This document shows positions 56,849 to 64,000 of a DNA stretch of 64,000 bases, one piece after another (positions within the stretch are counted from its first letter, which is position 1; the number at the start of each line of letters is the position of its first letter). A program made the translations under genes and the position numbers. The notes beneath the pieces were generated by a model. That model did no database searches, had not been told where the DNA came from, and saw only the letters and a program-made list of their open reading frames with translations. The stretch spans positions 2,021-66,020 of the forward strand of contig JAHFHG010000001.1 of the NCBI GenBank assembly GCA_023247035.1, written 5' to 3'. The stretch is from Candidatus Omnitrophota bacterium (lineage in GTDB: Bacteria; Omnitrophota; Omnitrophia; Omnitrophales; Aquincolibacteriaceae).

Positions 56849-58387
56849 ATGAATGAAACTCTAATCATCCTCGATTTCGGATCCCAGTATACCCAGCTCA
56901 TCGGCCGTCGCGTAAGAGAGCAAAAGGTTTTCTCGAAAATCTTCCCTTATAACGCCCCGCGGGACACGATCATGCAGGAAAATCCGAAAGGGATTATCCT
57001 TTCCGGTTCGCCCGCCAATGTCTATCATCCCAAAGCCCCTTTGCCCGACCCGCGGATCTTCAAGGAAGGGATTCCGATTTTAGGGATTTGCTACGGGCTG
57101 CAGCTGATCGCCCATGTTTTCAAAGGAAAAGTCCACCGCTCAGCCAAAAGGGAGTACGGCCTGGCCCAGCTTCAGGTGGACCAGAGTGAAGGACTTTTTT
57201 CCGGCCTGCCGCGCGAGCTCACCTGCTGGATGAGCCACGGGGACAAACTGGACCGCCCGCCGCGGGGTTTCGAATCGATCGCTCACACGGACAACGCCCC
57301 GGTCGCCGCGCTGGCCGACACGAAGCGCCGGATTTACGGCGTTCAGTTTCATCCCGAGGTCGTCCACACGCCGCAGGGCGCCCAGATTCTCGGCAATTTC
57401 CTTTTTCAGATCTGCCAATTCAGAGGCGACTGGACGCCCGCCGCCTTTATCCAGGAAACCATCGAAAGAATCCGGCTGCGGGTGGGCGATGCCAAAGTCG
57501 TGCTCGGGCTTTCGGGAGGCGTGGATTCTTCCGTGACCGCGCTTTTGATTCACAAGGCAATCGGGAAAAATCTCACTTGTATCTTCGTGGACAACGGCCT
57601 GCTCAGGCTTAACGAGGCCGCGCAGGTCAAAAAGATGTTCCAGGACCACTTTAAAATGAACCTTCGATTTGTCGACGCGCGCCGGACATTTTTAAAAGAG
57701 CTGCGCGGCGTCGTCGCTCCCGAAAAAAAACGGAAAATTATCGGAAGGGTATTCATTGAGGTGTTCGAGAAGGAGGCCAAAAAACTGGGGCCTGTTCCGT
57801 TTCTTGCCCAGGGCACTCTTTATCCGGACGTCATTGAGTCCGTGTCTGTTTACGGCGGGCCCACAAGCACGATTAAATCCCACCACAACGTGGGCGGGCT
57901 GCCCTCCAAAATGAAATTCAAACTGATCGAGCCGCTGCGCGAACTTTTCAAAGATGAGGTGCGCCAGGTCGGCAGCGTCCTGGGGCTTTCCGAAGAGCTG
58001 ATGCACCGCCACCCGTTTCCCGGCCCCGGCCTTGCGGTCCGTATTCTGGGCGAGGTCACGGAAAAACGCTTAGAACTGCTCCGCCGGGCCGACTGGATTG
58101 TGATCGATGAAATCAAGCAGGCCGGCCATTACAAGGAGATTTGGCAGGCCTTTGCCGTCCTTCTTCCGGTCAAAAGTGTCGGCGTAATGGGAGATGAAAG
58201 GACTTACGAGAACGTTGTGGCCGTGCGGGCGGTCACGTCTCAGGACGGAATGACCGCGGACTGGGCAAAATTGCCCGATGATCTTTTAGGCAGGATCTCG
58301 AACCGGATCATCAATGAAGTGCGCGGCATCAACCGCGTCTGCTACGACATCTCCAGCAAACCTCCCGCCACGATTGAGTGGGAGTAG
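56849..58387 (+). CDS. guaA: GMP synthase (glutamine-hydrolysing) GuaA
   Basis: Class I GATase domain ([12 protein letters not shown]). ATP-PPase P-loop SGGVDSSV. The C-terminal dimerisation domain ends ...PPATIEWE. Confidence 0.9.
   Translation: MNETLIILDFGSQYTQLIGRRVREQKVFSKIFPYNAPRDTIMQENPKGIILSGSPANVYHPKAPLPDPRIFKEGIPILGICYGLQLIAHVFKGKVHRSAKREYGLAQLQVDQSEGLFSGLPRELTCWMSHGDKLDRPPRGFESIAHTDNAPVAALADTKRRIYGVQFHPEVVHTPQGAQILGNFLFQICQFRGDWTPAAFIQETIERIRLRVGDAKVVLGLSGGVDSSVTALLIHKAIGKNLTCIFVDNGLLRLNEAAQVKKMFQDHFKMNLRFVDARRTFLKELRGVVAPEKKRKIIGRVFIEVFEKEAKKLGPVPFLAQGTLYPDVIESVSVYGGPTSTIKSHHNVGGLPSKMKFKLIEPLRELFKDEVRQVGSVLGLSEELMHRHPFPGPGLAVRILGEVTEKRLELLRRADWIVIDEIKQAGHYKEIWQAFAVLLPVKSVGVMGDERTYENVVAVRAVTSQDGMTADWAKLPDDLLGRISNRIINEVRGINRVCYDISSKPPATIEWE
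58364..58386 (+). repeat. Left copy of a 23-bp perfect direct repeat (CCCGCCACGATTGAGTGGGAGTA), formed by the last codons of guaA
   Basis: An identical 23-mer recurs at 59284-59306, bracketing the Fic-bearing islet. Confidence 0.7.
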
Positions 58388-58395
58388 CTGTTAAA

Positions 58396-59049
58396 ATGAA
58401 AAAATCCGGACGTTATAAAACCTCTCACCTGGTGGAAGATCAGTATCAGCCGGGGTCTGGCGGCCGTGTCCTACGGAATCTTCTTGGTATTAAAAGTAAA
58501 AGGGAAATGGATAGGGTTGAAGGCCGAGAACAGGCTCGCGCTTTGGAAGAACTACTTGGGAATTACGGGAGAAATCATAGATTCAGAGCGGCTGATATTT
58601 GCCGCATTCACAAGATTTGGCTTGGCCATGTTTATTCATGGGCGGGAAAGTTCCGTCAGGTGAACATTACAAAAGGAAATTTTTCTTTCGCCGCGTCTCA
58701 GCATAGCCCTTCTTTGGTGAGTGAATTTGAAAAAGGACCTCTTGCCAAGTTTACTCCCTGCAATTTTCAGTCGGAAGAGGAAATATGCAATGCGCTTGCG
58801 GTTATTCACGCGGAGTTGGTTTTGATTCATCCCTTTCGGGACGGCAACGGGCGGGCTGCCCGATTGTTTGCGATTTTAATGGCAGTGCAGGCAGGGCTGC
58901 CGCCTTTAGATTTCGGCGGACTCAAAGGCAAGTTGAAGCAGAAATATTTTATAGCGGTAGAGGCTGCGCTTGAGAGAAATTATGAGCCGATGAGGCAGAT
59001 TTTTCATTCAGTGGTTCGACGAACGATGAGAAGATTTGGAAGAAGATGA
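58396..59049 (+). CDS. Fic-family protein (class-I-like AMPylator/toxin; canonical HPFRDGNGRAARL motif)
   Basis: FIC motif HPFx[DE]GNGRxxR is intact. I found no [ST]xxxE[GN] inhibitory motif inside the protein. Confidence 0.8.
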   Translation: MKKSGRYKTSHLVEDQYQPGSGGRVLRNLLGIKSKREMDRVEGREQARALEELLGNYGRNHRFRAADICRIHKIWLGHVYSWAGKFRQVNITKGNFSFAASQHSPSLVSEFEKGPLAKFTPCNFQSEEEICNALAVIHAELVLIHPFRDGNGRAARLFAILMAVQAGLPPLDFGGLKGKLKQKYFIAVEAALERNYEPMRQIFHSVVRRTMRRFGRR

Positions 59050-59226
59050 TTTGCGTGCAATCCATCCACCCCCTTTTCGGAAAAAGACCTGCTTGCTCAG
59101 GTGAACGCCTTCGATGGCAGTGGAAGTCGAAACCGACAGGATAATCAGCTTTCTGCGTTCCGCAGGATCTTTCAGATAAGGGTTGGTTTCGCTCAACGGT
59201 TTTTGCACGGCCAAATTATAGCACAT
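59008..59226 (-). other. Small convergent ORF carrying the Fic-inhibitory motif [ST]xxxE[GN] (STAIEG). Candidate Fic antitoxin, or the Fic_N remnant of a decayed second Fic gene
   Basis: 72-aa ORF ...RRKLIILSVSTSTAIEGVHLSKQ... The motif is encoded at about 59110-59127 in the spacer between fic and the right-hand direct repeat. The low-complexity tail overlaps the fic 3-prime end. Confidence 0.3.
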
Positions 59227-59283
59227 TTATCGGGGCACTCTTGGGAAAGGTTTTCACTGCGCATTAAAAATTTCTGACAATCG

Positions 59284-59306
59284 CCCGCCACGATTGAGTG
59301 GGAGTA
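59284..59306 (+). repeat. Right copy of the 23-bp direct repeat
   Basis: Exact match to 58364-58386. It is followed after 4 nt by the ATG of an AT-rich ORF. Confidence 0.7.
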
Positions 59307-59310
59307 AAAA

Positions 59311-59856
59311 ATGGACATCAATGTTATAGCCAAAGTTTTACGTTATTTCGGACTCATTGGGATAGTTATAGGAACTTTTGGATGGATAGCTTATGACAGG
59401 GAAAAGGAAAACAAAGTCATCGGAGATTTATTTTTTAAAGATTTAAGGGCCGGCATTGAGAAGCTTTCTAATGTAGGTAATGGATATGATCACCAAACCC
59501 TTACGGAGAGTGAGTTTGTCAAAAGTTATCACGCCATACTTAAAGTAATTAAGCGAAATGCCCAAAATTTAAAGTATGAGCACGTAACAGGTATCGAAAG
59601 TAAGGCGATAACAAAATACCGTACCTGGGCAGAGGTGGAAAGTCCAGTTATAAATCTCGTGTCACCGCCTATTACGCTTTTATCCTCCATTAAAAAAGGA
59701 GAACAACCCGTTACTACGCTAGATGTATTAAAAAGTTGGATTACTGCTTATGAGATGAGTCAATATTTAATGTGGATTTTTATCAGTTTATTTATAGGCA
59801 TTGTCTTTCAATTCTTGGGCAGCGAATATGGTTATAAAGTAACAAAAATAGAGTGA
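59311..59856 (+). CDS. Hypothetical membrane protein (AT-rich, probably horizontally acquired)
   Basis: 181 aa with N- and C-terminal hydrophobic segments. Its codon composition is much more AT-rich than guaA or dnaE. Confidence 0.4.
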   Translation: MDINVIAKVLRYFGLIGIVIGTFGWIAYDREKENKVIGDLFFKDLRAGIEKLSNVGNGYDHQTLTESEFVKSYHAILKVIKRNAQNLKYEHVTGIESKAITKYRTWAEVESPVINLVSPPITLLSSIKKGEQPVTTLDVLKSWITAYEMSQYLMWIFISLFIGIVFQFLGSEYGYKVTKIE

Positions 59857-59898
59857 TGGACACAAAGAAGGGGACAACTCCAATGAAGGAACGGGTTA

Positions 59899-62800
59899 AT
59901 GCCGCACGTTGATTTTGTTCATCTTCACTGCCATACGCAATACAGCCTTCTCGATGCCGCCTCCAAGATAGCCCCGCTTTTAAAGCGCGCCGCGGAATTG
60001 AAATTTCCCGCCCTGGCGATGACGGATCACGGCAACCTGTTCGGCGCCATTGAATTTTATTCGCAGGCGCATAAGCAGGGGATCAAACCGATTATCGGAA
60101 TGGAAGCCTATATCGCCCCGGGCTCCCGCTTTGAAAAGCAGGCTCACGGGATTAAGGAGGCCTCTTTTCATCTGACGCTTCTGGCCCGCAATGAAACGGG
60201 ATATCAAAACCTGATGAAGCTGACCAGCGCGGGCTACCTCGAGGGCTTTTACTACCGTCCGAGGATCGATAAAGAAATCCTCCAGCAGCATTCCGAAGGG
60301 CTTCTTGCGCTGACCGGCTGCCTTAAAGGCGAGGTCCCTTATTATGTCCGTAACGACCAGCCTCACGAAGCCAAAAAGGCGCTCGGCGAGTTTGTGAACA
60401 TTTTCGGGAAGGAAAATTTTTATTTTGAGGTGATGGATCAAGGGCTTGAACCTCAAAAGAAAATCGCGAATGAATATCTAAAACTATCCAAAGAATACGG
60501 CCTCAAACTCGTCGCCACCAACGACTGCCACTACATTTACCGCCAGCACGCCCAGGCTCACGACGCTCTCATTTGTATTGGGACCGGCTCCACGCTGGAT
60601 GAGCCGAACCGGATGCGCTATCAAGGGGACAATTTTTATATGAAATCGGCCGAAGAAATGAAAGAGCTTTTCAAGGATATTCCCGAGGCTGTTAAGACCA
60701 CGGTCGAAATCGCCGAGCGCTGCAATCTTGAACTGGATTTTTCGAAAACCCATCTGCCCCATTTTGAGCCTCCGCCGGGAAAAACGCAGCGGGGTTATCT
60801 GGAGGAGCTTTGTCTGATCGGGATGAAGACTCGTTTTAAAGGCGCGGAAATCTCTGAGGAATATCCAAAGCGGCTGCGGTATGAGATCGAACTGATTTGC
60901 CGGATGGGCTACACCAGTTATTTTTTAATTGTTTGGGACTTTATCCGGTATGCCCGGGAGCGCGGCATTCCGGTCGGCCCCGGCCGCGGATCTGCGGCGG
61001 GCAGCCTTGCGGCTTATGTTTTAGGCATTACCAATATTGATCCGATCCAGCACGGCCTTATCTTTGAGAGGTTTCTAAATCCCGACAGGGTCAGTATGCC
61101 GGATATTGATATTGATTTTTGTTACGAGCGCCGGGACGAGGTGATCGATTATGTCCGCCGCAAATACGGGAGCGAAAACGTGGCCCAAATCATTACGTTC
61201 GGAACCATGGCCGCGCGCGCCGTGGTCCGCGACGTCGGCCGGGTGATGGGAATTTCTTATCAGGACGTGGACCGGCTGGCCAAGCTGATCCCGATGGAAC
61301 TTAACATTACGATTGAACAGGCCGTCGAGCGCGAGCCCAAGCTGCGCGAAACCATTCAAACCGATTCGCGGATCGCCCAGCTCATTGAAACCTCCAAGGC
61401 CTTGGAAGGGCTTTCGCGCCACGCCTCGACCCACGCGGCCGGCGTGGTCATTTCGGACGTTCCTCTGACGGAGTACGTACCCCTCTTTAAAGCCAATGAG
61501 CAGGTCTCCACGCAATACACAATGAAAGACCTCGAGAAGATCGGCCTTCTTAAAATGGATTTCCTCGGCTTGAAAACGCTCACCATGATTCAGCACACGC
61601 TGAAAATCATCAAACGGACGAGGGGAATAGAACTGGATATTGACAACATTCCCTTTGACGATCCTCCGGCCTACGAAATGCTGGGCAGGGCTGAAGCGGC
61701 CGGCGTGTTCCAGCTTGAAAGTTCGGGCATGCGCGACCTGCTTAAAAAAATGAAGCCCGCCAAGTTTGACCATTTAGTGGCGCTCTTGGCCCTTTATCGT
61801 CCGGGTCCTTTGGGCAGCGGAATGGTGGATGATTTCATTCAGCGTATGCATCAATCGTCTTTGATTAAGTATGACCACCCGGCCTTGGAGCCCGTTTTGA
61901 AAGAGACTTACGGTGTTATTCTCTACCAGGAACAAGTGATGAAAATCGTAAGCGAACTTGCCGGCTTCACCCTTGCCCAGGCCGATTCTCTGCGCCGCGC
62001 GATCGGAAAAAAAATTCCCGAAATTATGGACCGCGAAAAAAAGGCGTTTATCGACGGGGCCATGAAGAAGGGAGTGCGTGAGACCATTGCGGAGAAAATT
62101 TGGAACCTCATCGATTATTTTTCAGGATACGGGTTCAACAAATCCCACTCGACCGCTTATGCCCTTATTTCCTATCAAACCGCCTACTTGAAGGCCCATT
62201 ATCCGATTGAGTTTATGACCGCGCTTTTGACTTCTGAAATGGGCAATACGGATAAAGTCGTCCAGCATATTGAAGAAAGCAAAAAAATGGGGATTCAGGT
62301 CCTGCCGCCTTCCGTGAATGAAAGTTTCGCGGAGTTTACCTGTGTCGGGGACAGGATCCGCTTCGGCCTGACGGCCGTAAAAAATGTGGGAACCACAGCC
62401 ATCGAATCCATTCTGGATTCGCGCCGGAAGATCGGGCCCTTCAAGTCCTTTTTTGATTTTACCGAGCGCGTGGATTTGCGCGTCTGCAACCGGAAGGTTT
62501 TAGAGAGCCTCATTAGATGCGGCGCGTTCGACCCATTCCGGCTTCACCGCTCTCAATTGATGGCGCTGGTTGATCAAGGGCTCGAGCGCGGGGCGAATTT
62601 TCAGAAAGACAGGACTCGCGGGCAATTTTCTTTTTTTGGAAGCCGCGCCGACGTTGCGACCTTTCAGGAAAGCGGAATGGAAATCCCGGACATTCCGGAA
62701 TGGCCTGAAAGCCAGAAGCTCGCTTATGAGCGGGAACTCCTTGGATTTTACGTGAGCTCTCATCCGCTGGCGAATTATTCCAAGATTTTGAAAAATTACG

Positions 62801-63339
62801 CCACGGCTTCAATCTGTTCGCTTCACGAACTGCCCGATCAGGCGGAAGTTACCCTCGGGGGCTTGATTGACAACATCAAAGAAATTTTGACCAAAAAGGG
62901 AGACAAAATGGCCTTTTTGGCGCTGCAGGACCTGAGCGGATCCTGTGAGGTTGTCGTCTTTCCTGAGGTCTACAAAAATTTTCTTTCGCTCATCAAAAAA
63001 GACGCGCCGATTTTTGTCAAAGGCAAGATGAATACGCGCGAAGACATTCCCAAAGTCCTGGCTGAGGAAATCGTACCGATTGAAGAGGTGCAGGCCCGTT
63101 TCACGCGTTCGCTTTTTATTGAATTGCAAACGGCCGGCCTGGATCCCAATTTATTGAAGGATGTCCGCGGGCTTCTTTCCAATTATCGCGGCTCCACGCC
63201 GGTGTATATTCATTTTCGTGACCCGGCAGGCAAGTCCGCAGTTATTTATTTGGGAGAAGACTTGAAAATAAAAACGACGGACGAACTTTTGTCGGTCCTG
63301 GAAAAATTAGTGGGCGAAAATAGCATTAAGATACGATAA
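59899..63339 (+). CDS. dnaE: DNA polymerase III alpha subunit DnaE
   Basis: 1146 aa with a PHP domain (FVHLHCHTQYSLLDA) and polymerase core motifs (PDIDIDF, GLLKMDFLGLKTL). Confidence 0.9.
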   Translation: MPHVDFVHLHCHTQYSLLDAASKIAPLLKRAAELKFPALAMTDHGNLFGAIEFYSQAHKQGIKPIIGMEAYIAPGSRFEKQAHGIKEASFHLTLLARNETGYQNLMKLTSAGYLEGFYYRPRIDKEILQQHSEGLLALTGCLKGEVPYYVRNDQPHEAKKALGEFVNIFGKENFYFEVMDQGLEPQKKIANEYLKLSKEYGLKLVATNDCHYIYRQHAQAHDALICIGTGSTLDEPNRMRYQGDNFYMKSAEEMKELFKDIPEAVKTTVEIAERCNLELDFSKTHLPHFEPPPGKTQRGYLEELCLIGMKTRFKGAEISEEYPKRLRYEIELICRMGYTSYFLIVWDFIRYARERGIPVGPGRGSAAGSLAAYVLGITNIDPIQHGLIFERFLNPDRVSMPDIDIDFCYERRDEVIDYVRRKYGSENVAQIITFGTMAARAVVRDVGRVMGISYQDVDRLAKLIPMELNITIEQAVEREPKLRETIQTDSRIAQLIETSKALEGLSRHASTHAAGVVISDVPLTEYVPLFKANEQVSTQYTMKDLEKIGLLKMDFLGLKTLTMIQHTLKIIKRTRGIELDIDNIPFDDPPAYEMLGRAEAAGVFQLESSGMRDLLKKMKPAKFDHLVALLALYRPGPLGSGMVDDFIQRMHQSSLIKYDHPALEPVLKETYGVILYQEQVMKIVSELAGFTLAQADSLRRAIGKKIPEIMDREKKAFIDGAMKKGVRETIAEKIWNLIDYFSGYGFNKSHSTAYALISYQTAYLKAHYPIEFMTALLTSEMGNTDKVVQHIEESKKMGIQVLPPSVNESFAEFTCVGDRIRFGLTAVKNVGTTAIESILDSRRKIGPFKSFFDFTERVDLRVCNRKVLESLIRCGAFDPFRLHRSQLMALVDQGLERGANFQKDRTRGQFSFFGSRADVATFQESGMEIPDIPEWPESQKLAYERELLGFYVSSHPLANYSKILKNYATASICSLHELPDQAEVTLGGLIDNIKEILTKKGDKMAFLALQDLSGSCEVVVFPEVYKNFLSLIKKDAPIFVKGKMNTREDIPKVLAEEIVPIEEVQARFTRSLFIELQTAGLDPNLLKDVRGLLSNYRGSTPVYIHFRDPAGKSAVIYLGEDLKIKTTDELLSVLEKLVGENSIKIR

Positions 63340-63375
63340 CTTCCTTTGCGCCAATGAGTTATATCTAAAATCAGC

Positions 63376-63404
63376 TTGACAATGAAGAAAGGATTTGCTA
63401 ATTT
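63376..63404 (+). promoter_or_regulatory. Sigma70-like promoter upstream of the HU/IHF-like gene (TTGACA-17-TAATTT)
   Basis: TTGACA at 63376-63381 and TAATTT at 63399-63404. An RBS AAAGGGAGG precedes the start. Confidence 0.35.
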
Positions 63405-63465
63405 TGCGTATCTTTAAGCAATTCAAAGAGTTGTATTCATTGCAAGCAGAAGATCAAAAAGGGAG

Positions 63466-63744
63466 GTGCGCGTGACAAAAAAAGATATCGTAATAAAAGT
63501 TTCAAACGAGACGAATCTCACCCAGATTGACGTAAAAAAAATTGTTCAAAGGACTCTTGATGTCGTCATTGAGAGCCTTGAACGGGGGGAGACGGTGGAA
63601 TTGAGAAATTTCGGTGTTTTTAAAGTCAAACACAGGCGCGGCCGCGTCGGGCGCAACCCCCGAACAGGCGACGAAGTTTCTGTCCCGGAAAAAAAAGTCG
63701 TGGTCTTTAAACCGGGTTTGATTTTAAAACAAAGGGTTAAATAA
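63466..63744 (+). CDS. HU/IHF-family DNA-binding protein (IHF-beta-like)
   Basis: 92 aa [24 protein letters not shown]...[41 protein letters not shown] start; an alternative GTG lies at 63472. Confidence 0.85.
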   Translation: MRVTKKDIVIKVSNETNLTQIDVKKIVQRTLDVVIESLERGETVELRNFGVFKVKHRRGRVGRNPRTGDEVSVPEKKVVVFKPGLILKQRVK

Positions 63745-63790
63745 CGAATTTAGACCGTCACCTAGCAAAGAAAGATGGAGGAAGAAAAGA

Positions 63791-64000
63791 ATGTCAGAGA
63801 AGGGGAAAGTAAAGTGGTTTTCAAATGTCAAAGGATATGGATTTCTTGAAAAAGACGGCGGGGGAGAGGACATTTTCGTTCATTACTCGGTGATCCAGGG
63901 CGAAGGCTATAAAAAACTTGAAGAGGGTGAAGAAGTGACTTTTGACATCGTCAAGGGTGAAAAAGGCCCTCAAGCTGCCAATGTTGTACGTTCCAAGAAG
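63791..64000 (+). CDS. Cold-shock protein (CspA family), 3-prime end at or beyond the window edge
   Basis: [54 protein letters not shown]... RBS GGAGG lies upstream. Confidence 0.8.
   Translation, partial: MSEKGKVKWFSNVKGYGFLEKDGGGEDIFVHYSVIQGEGYKKLEEGEEVTFDIVKGEKGPQAANVVRSKK

Noticed and set aside
61075-61773. 232-aa antisense ORF within dnaE
   Set aside because: dnaE is unambiguous over its full length. The antisense ORF lacks any recognisable features.
1-64000. Search for tRNA, rRNA and tmRNA/RNase P signatures (T-loop GTTCGAATC-like motifs, GGAAAGTCCGG, tmRNA termini)
   Set aside because: No convincing matches were seen by eye in intergenic regions. The islet at guaA is not associated with a tRNA. 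Absence by visual scan is not proof, so this should be rerun with tRNAscan-SE and Infernal.

Overview
This is a 64-kb chromosomal window from a diderm (Gram-negative-type) bacterium with mid-range GC; I did not attempt to identify the lineage. Genes are densely packed, mostly on the + strand. In order:

- **Phosphate uptake:** a pstS(partial)-pstC-pstA-pstB-phoU operon, with an anomalous 366-bp repeat-filled spacer between pstA and pstB.
- **Cold-adaptation pair:** a cold-shock protein gene with a structured leader, next to a delta-9 acyl-lipid desaturase.
- **Gene-poor stretch:** about 1.6 kb with no convincing genes and an AT-rich segment.
- **DNA repair and tRNA modification:** PolX-Nth-QueG.
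- **Minus-strand pair:** a GAF-PP2C phosphatase and a DUF3307-like membrane protein.
- **IS remnant:** a truncated transposase N-terminus.
- **Menaquinone late steps:** a translationally coupled block of UbiD-like, UbiA-like, UbiX, MqnA/D, radical-SAM MqnC/E and UbiE/MenG genes (futalosine route).
- **Small genes:** RidA and a CPBP intramembrane protease.
- **Secreted repeat protein:** ten-fold Myxococcus-type cysteine-rich repeats (CGDGxVQxxEECDDGN...DGCSxxC) with two near-identical 96-bp DNA repeat units.
- **Envelope genes:** an O-antigen-ligase-like membrane protein and an alpha/beta hydrolase.
- **Two polysaccharide-export modules:**
  - Module 1: GGDDF-variant diguanylate cyclase, then TPR protein, predicted beta-barrel, Wza, Wzc.
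  - Module 2: orphan GspG pseudopilin, secreted low-complexity protein, Wza with coiled-coil N-terminus, Wzc, UDP-sugar epimerase.
- **Between the modules:**
  - nifS-mrp-folE.
  - lpxD with a periplasmic chaperone-like gene.
  - PIG-L deacetylase.
  - WbqC-like protein.
  - WecA-like transferase.
  - ExeA/GspA-like AAA ATPase.
  - Membrane HD-GYP phosphodiesterase.
  - A minus-strand sugar-tailoring block: two epimerases, a zinc-finger C-methyltransferase, a SAM methyltransferase, and an FAD oxidoreductase.
- **Window end:** an IMP dehydrogenase-family gene, guaA, a Fic-toxin islet at the guaA 3-prime end, an AT-rich membrane ORF, dnaE, an HU/IHF-like gene, and a partial csp.

The observations I rate most interesting:
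- A roughly 0.9-kb islet flanked by a perfect 23-bp direct repeat of the guaA 3-prime end. It carries a class-I-like Fic toxin and a convergent small ORF bearing the [ST]xxxE[GN] Fic-inhibitory motif.
- A dispersed family of nested palindromic repeats (core TGTCATTCCCG / GGATTCC) in at least three intergenic sites, one of them splitting pstA from pstB.
- An exosortase/PEP-CTERM-style polysaccharide secretion locus, duplicated in part and framed by c-di-GMP turnover enzymes (GGDDF cyclase and HD-GYP), with no exosortase in the window.

I found no rRNA, tRNA or CRISPR array. Coordinates of starts are from manual inspection of in-frame start codons and may be off by a few codons.
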